Assembly (NCBI RefSeq): GCF_009914755.1
Contig: NC_060933.1
Reading direction: 5' to 3' (one strand)
DNA length: 64,000 nt
Source: the human T2T-CHM13v2.0 reference genome, Homo sapiens
The notes below the pieces were generated by a model, which had not been told where the DNA came from, did no database searches, and saw only the letters and a program-made list of their open reading frames with translations. The translations under genes were made by a program, and so were the position numbers. Shown in pieces: positions 58,166-64,000 of this stretch. Every line of letters starts with the position of its first letter. The first letter of the stretch is position 1.

Positions 58166-59093
58166 TGAAGCAGAAATCTAATTCTGTCATCCCACTGCTC
58201 CTGACACTACTCCCCAGCATTCCATCTCCCCTACACCTACCTGTCCTCCTTAGTCTTGAGACATATGTGTTGAACCACCCAGACACAACCAGCTTTTCCC
58301 TCTTCCCTTCGCTCTGTCCGTTCCCCCATTTTTCATCACTTAAATTGTTTTGGCTTGTTCCTTTCTCTCCATTTTCCATTTTGATGCTATTTTTTTCCCT
58401 CTAAAATAAGAACCTGAATGAGACTACATTAATATTGGCTTGGGGGTTTTTTAAAAAAGGGTGTATCAATTCTTCTCCTTCCTTTTCTTTCCTTCTGCTG
58501 ACATGGACTCTATAAGCTCTTTCAGTAAATTCTGTTTTGGAGAACAATTCGAGCCATTTTTTTCTCTCCCTCCTTTCCTCTCTATTATTTTATAATCCCT
58601 TCATTTATTGCTGAACCATGAAAGGTGCTTATTTTCTTGGTTGATTTTTTAGGTTCTCAATTGGGCTTTGTGGTTTCCATTCTTGTCTAATTCAAGAAAC
58701 TATCTGTTCCTTTTTTGCAATCCCTTTTACCACACTCTACTGGGTGGTTAATGGCTTCTGGTTTGCTATTTATTGCTTCTAATTAATGGCTTGGCTCACA
58801 GCCTTTAGCTATTAATTTAGTACTTGATTCCTTGAAGTTTAAGTTTTAATTGTCTGGCCACACCATTCAGTTTCATCTGAGAACTACTGCATCAGTCTCT
58901 TTCCCGACGGCCTCAATTTTTGTTCCTTCTCTTTTCAGGGTCGTATTATGAAGTAAAAGTATCGAGGGGTTTTATAAGGTGTAAAGTTCCACACAGAAGC
59001 AAACTCAGCCTTCATGGTGGCACTCCACTGCTTAGGAAACTGTAGTCCCTAACTGTCTACCATATCAGTTCCAAACTCTTCCTCTCAAGTTCA

Positions 59094-59441
<348 letters not shown>

Positions 59442-61478
59442 CTAGTGCAAGTCAACAGGGACCCTCCATTCCAGATGGGCAGGACACCTTCTACCACTTT
59501 ATCCATTAAGTCCATCAACAAATCCACACAGTTCTCTGCTACTTTCTAGCTGTGTGACTTTAGCTAAAATAGTCAAACTTTCTGTGGGTCAGTTTCTTTA
59601 TCTCTACAGTAGCAATAATAGTAGTATTTAACTCACAGTGTTGCTATAAGGATTAACATTCATATGGACAAGGTACCCTAAAGCGGGGCCTGCTGCGTAG
59701 TAAGCACATACTAAGAGTTGCTCTAATTGGTATTATGATCAGGCTAGATTCATGAAGGATACAAAGATAAATTAGATGTAAATTGTTACCCTTAAAGGAC
59801 TTCCAGATTAGTAGAGTGGTAAGTTATATATCCACATACCGTCCAAGGTAGATGGGGGAAGGATATAGGAAGATGACTAAACTTCTGCCCTTTGCCCCAT
59901 GTTCTGTCCTTCTTTCTACCTCTCTGGCTCTTTCCCAAGAAAAATTGTGATCAGAACTCAATGGTCAGAAAATCCTTGATTGAGCCACATTTTACGAGTA
60001 GTCAGATGACTATGCCTTAAAGATAAGTGACCATAAATGATGTTCTGTCTTTTCCTTCTTAGGCAGGGTATGGCTCCAAGGGTCAGGCGGTTAACATCAT
60101 CCATGTAGCTGGCTGGGTTAAGACTGAGGGTCTGCTTCCCAAACCTGGCCATCTTAGCAGCAGGGAGAAGCAAGCTTCATTTGGGACTTAACCCTTAGCC
60201 AACATCCAACTCAGTTTTGTTTGTTTTTCCCCAAAGAACCCTCAGAAGTGAGCATTTGCCCATAATCAAATGGTAATCTGTTTCACATTCTATCATTGCT
60301 CTGAATATATAGACTCTGGGTTAAGAACCTCAAGGGAAAGAAGTATGAGTGGTAGGATTCAAGCACTAAGATCCTATCTGAACTCCTGACCATAGACAGC
60401 AAAGAGGGTCACGGCAGACTGTGTGCTGTGGAAGAATATCTTCTGTGGGAGAAGGAGAAAATCAGGGAAGGCTTCCTGAAAGAGGTGACATTTGAGCTGA
60501 GACTGTAAGCATGAGTAGTATAGGCTTAGACAGTGGGACCCTCAAAGAATTCTGAACACTAGCATAACTTAAGTTTTTAAAAATGACCATGTTAGGGGGT
60601 GATCATTTTCTTGAGACAGCAAATTAGCCAGCATCCTGCCTCTGGATTTGAGGGTTTTGGGCAATCTGGATACTGGGGAAATAGTCTCTGGGTAGGGTAG
60701 GTAATGGTCAGTAGGCTCTCTCTCAGTTTCAGTGGATTTCCATTCCCACCTCCACTATTCAAATTCCTTTTTTTCTGATTTTTGAACTCAGTTTCATGAC
60801 TATTTGAGACATAAGAAGGGGGTACCCTGCACAGAGGGAACAAGTAGCCTAGTCACTAGAAATGGACAACCTCAAGTGTATTGATAGAATAAGTCAAAGG
60901 CATTACCGGCACTTCTTCACTTGCCACGTCCTCCAAGGTCAGTCAGGTTCCCTCCTTCCTTCTCCACTGAATCTGTCCTAGGAGAGTTCCACCCATAACC
61001 TCTCATCTCCTGAAACCATCGATAATTTTGAGCCTTCATGCTATCAGGCCACACCTTGGTAGGAAACAGGCTCTTTTCCTTTGCCTTCTGGGACACCCCT
61101 CTCTCCTGGTTCTTCTTCCCTCTCTCTGGCAACCCCTCCTCAGCCCCCGCTTTTAAGGCAATGTCACTGTTTATTTCTAAGCGTCTTGGGAAAGTCTCTA
61201 TTCAGGACCCACAGGGATGAAGCCTAGGCCCAGGGTAATCTAGCAGAGGCACTGCCTCTGATAGCCCCACGCCACTTACATCTCAACTAGCACCCACCGG
61301 ATGGTGGTAGAATCTGTATGCAAAGAGGAAATGAAACTGTCAGAGAGAAGAGGGTAGGAGAAGAATGGAGAGTAAAAGCTCAGGGTGAGGGAAGGGGAGA
61401 TATGGTTGTAAAAGGAAGTTGAGCCAGGGAGGACATTTCAGATAAAGCAGTTGAATATTCATTCAGGGAGCAGGTTGA

Positions 61479-61778
61479 TTTTTTTTTTTTTTTTTTGAGA
61501 CCGAGTCTCACTCTGTTGTCCAGGATGGAGTGCAATGATGCAATCTCAGCTCACTGCAACCTCCCCACCTCCTGGGTTCAAGCAATTCTCCTGCCTCAGC
61601 CTCCTGAGTAGCTGGGATTACAGGCGTGCACCACCACGCCCGGCTAATTTTGTATTTTTAGTAGAGACGGGGTTTCACCATGTTGGCCAGGCTAGTCTCG
61701 AACTCCTGACCTCCTGATCCACCCACCTCAGCCTCCCAAAGTGCTGGGATTACAGGCGTGAAGCACCACGCCCGGCCC
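61479..61778 (-). mobile_element. Alu
   Basis: Reverse Alu consensus. Confidence 0.94.
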
Positions 61779-62259
61779 CATCACAGACTTTTGAGTGCAA
61801 TGCCAACAGGTTAGAGGCAGACTTCAGGAGGGTTAAACCAGTTTTATGTGCAGAATGGTGGGGGCGCGAAGCAGACACACTAGGGATCGGTACAAAGCCC
61901 TGCTGCCTGCTATGTGATCACCTCACCTAAATGCCTTCCCTCTTCTGTGTCACTGAAGTCTTTCCTACTTCATGGCTTGACTCTATAAAAGCTGTCCTTG
62001 ATGGCTGTGGCCCACCTGATGTCCACATTCATAAAACTTTCTGGACTATACAATGAACATATCATTCTCTCTGCAGAGAGACTCAAAGGACGTACAGAAT
62101 CTGAGCTTATCCTTCATTTGTTAGATGCATGAGCCCAATCAGAATACAAGTTCTCACATACCACATTTAAGTCACCTGGCAGCACTAGGCTGTGTACAGT
62201 GTAAAGATACATTAGATGCTTTCAGAAACAGACGGGCTTCGGAATATTTATTCTTTTCC

Positions 62260-63135
62260 AGAGTGACAGATTCTGCCACATGGCTCTCCAGCTAGAAGAC
62301 TACATTTCTTAGTCTCCCTTGAAGCTAGGTCATTGTAACTATGTTTTTGCCAAAGGAATGTGAACAGCAGTAATGTGGGCAGCCAGCCTAAAAGGTAACT
62401 ACTTGCCCTGAACTTCTCTTTTTCTTTCCCTCAATCTTGAACAAGGACATGCAACCTGGCTTCTACTGTACTGATGAGGACAAAGCCTCAGGGGGATGGC
62501 AGAGCAACAAGATGGAAAGAACCCGGGTCCCTGAATGACCTTGCGGAACAGAGTCATCCCACCAGCCCCAGACCAACCAGACTCTTATCAGAGAGAAAAA
62601 TAAACTAGCTTATTTAAACCACTATATGTTAAAATCTCTAATTCAGCAGTTAAGCCTCTACTTAATACATTTCCCCAAATCCATTCTCTCCATCTTCTTT
62701 AATACAATAATTCTGATTTTTGAACTGGGCATATTATGTCTCAGCTAATAGGCTCTATTTTACATCCTCCTTTGTACCTATGTGCAACCATATGATTAAG
62801 TTGTGGCCAAAGAAGTATAAAAATTGTTATATGAAACTTCCGAGTAATCCCTTTATAAAGTAGTCAGTGACCTTCTTCCTGCTTCATTTTTCCCACTGTC
62901 TAGAATGTGAACATAATGGCTGTAGCTCAAGCAGTTATTTTGAACCATGAAGTTACATGCTAAGAATTGTGAAGAAACAGAAGGGCAGGATCCAGAGACA
63001 CTGGTGACCAAGGAGCCTCCAGACCAGTTCTGGATTACCTATTTCTAGTTTTCTTTCTGTAAGAGAGAAACTTCTATCTTGTTGAAGCTATTAATGTTTG
63101 CTTGTTGTATACAGCTGAACTTAATCCTAACAACA
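62260..63135 (+). mobile_element. Two adjacent old MaLR LTR remnants (MLT1H/J-like)
   Basis: Two copies of ...ctacatttc...gccaa(a/g)gaa...gatggaaagaacccgggtccctgaatgac...gagagaaa(a)...aacttctat. Confidence 0.6.
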
Positions 63136-63759
63136 GACACATCCACTAACAGATATGAGCTCCTGGGACTCAACACTTCAAACCCCAGCTTGATGGTTGG
63201 ATATCCCTCTTAGCAGAAGAAAAGGAAAGTCACTACTTCCCAAAGTTGCTTAAAGAGGCCAGTTTCCATTCCTTCTGACCACCATCCGCTTGGCTTTTGT
63301 GCTCGTTGAAGCAGCTCTACAGGGAGGCCCTTGGCTGACAAACTCCCAGTCTGCGGGCCCAGCAGGCCACAACAATGGTGGCTCGCACTAGGGGACCATA
63401 ACATATGTGGCGTCATAAAAGAGGAGGGATGGGAGTGGGGAGGCTGATGTGACCCAGCTCTGACGGGTCAGTGAGCAGGAACAGAATGCTACGAGGTGGG
63501 CGCTGGTCACTGCAAATTTAAGTCAATACAGACAGGGAGGAAATAAGGCAACCTCTCTCTTTAGGTTGGGGTTTTTCTGCTTCCCCCTAGCTGCCCTGGC
63601 CAGATGGCGGCCTCCTCCCCTATAACCCAACCCCAGGCGGCAAAGGTGGAAGCCAGATCTAAGAACTGGGGGAGCTTAGACTCAGCACCCACCCCTATCC
63701 ACAGCCTTGCAGAACTTGGATGACCCCTCCCTCTCCCAGCCTCACTCTCCCCATCTGTA

Positions 63760-64000
63760 AAGCGGGCGGCAGGCATTGACAGCTCTTTGGGCCTTTCCTC
63801 CAGGCCGGCGGAGGCCTGGGCACTGCGCTCCCCATCCTGGCCTCGCCTCTGCAAGAGCTGCCTCCACGGACATCTTTTCCGACCCCCTCCCCCTCCCTCG
63901 CCCCCTCTCCTCGTTCCCCCGATCCTCGGTCCCCCACCCCCGGTCTCCCCTCCCGCAACCCCTCGCCCTCCCGCAGCCTCACCCTCCTCCGACAGGTAGC
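63760..64000. promoter_or_regulatory. Edge of the FRRS1L CpG island (start of intron 1)
   Basis: Rising GC and CpG content; C-runs on plus strand (G-runs in the pre-mRNA). Confidence 0.75.
63983..64000 (-). CDS. FRRS1L: FRRS1L exon 1, 3' end only (..R YLSEE G); rest lies beyond the window
   Basis: Reverse complement reads GC TAC CTG TCG GAG GAG G|GTGAGG; phase-1 donor matches the phase-1 start of exon 2 (G+GT=Gly); at the edge of a CpG island. Confidence 0.88.

Noticed and set aside
63680-63875. Possible REST/RE1 site for neuron-specific FRRS1L (ctcagcacc at ~63681; ccacggaca at ~63864)
   Set aside because: Only isolated half-sites ~180 bp apart; no canonical 21-bp RE1

Overview
Mammalian (primate, almost certainly human; I recognise the gene pair as the chr9q31 locus) genomic DNA with two protein-coding genes in tandem on the minus strand. 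TMEM245 (C9orf5): CpG-island promoter at about 17.0-17.3 kb and coding exons 1-3 (16980-16402, 5638-5521, 3675-3574); the gene continues past the left edge. FRRS1L (C9orf4, DOMON-domain AMPA-receptor biogenesis factor): the last 18 nt of exon 1 at the right edge (64000-63983), exons 2-5 (46789-46705, 44263-44125, 38655-38409, 34692-34520) and an apparent ~7.2 kb 3'UTR ending near 27360. All splice junctions are GT-AG and in frame. The rest is repeat-rich intron and intergenic DNA: about 48 Alu copies or fragments, L1, L2, MIR, CR1, MaLR/ERVL LTRs and MER DNA transposons. Nearly all other ORFs in the track are repeat artefacts. I see no prokaryote-type system and cannot claim a new biological system. 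The best leads are: a perfect 50-bp copy of a local Alu segment on the other side of FRRS1L exon 4; a stop-free 471-nt exon 2-4 block bracketed by inverted Alus (candidate rolling-circle circRNA); apparently retained Met/His heme ligands in the FRRS1L DOMON domain; an inverted-Alu triplet in the FRRS1L 3'UTR; a nested 97-bp tandem duplication; and an inverted pair of ZNF143/THAP11 motifs at the TMEM245 promoter. Repeat subfamily names come from recognition by eye and their boundaries are approximate.
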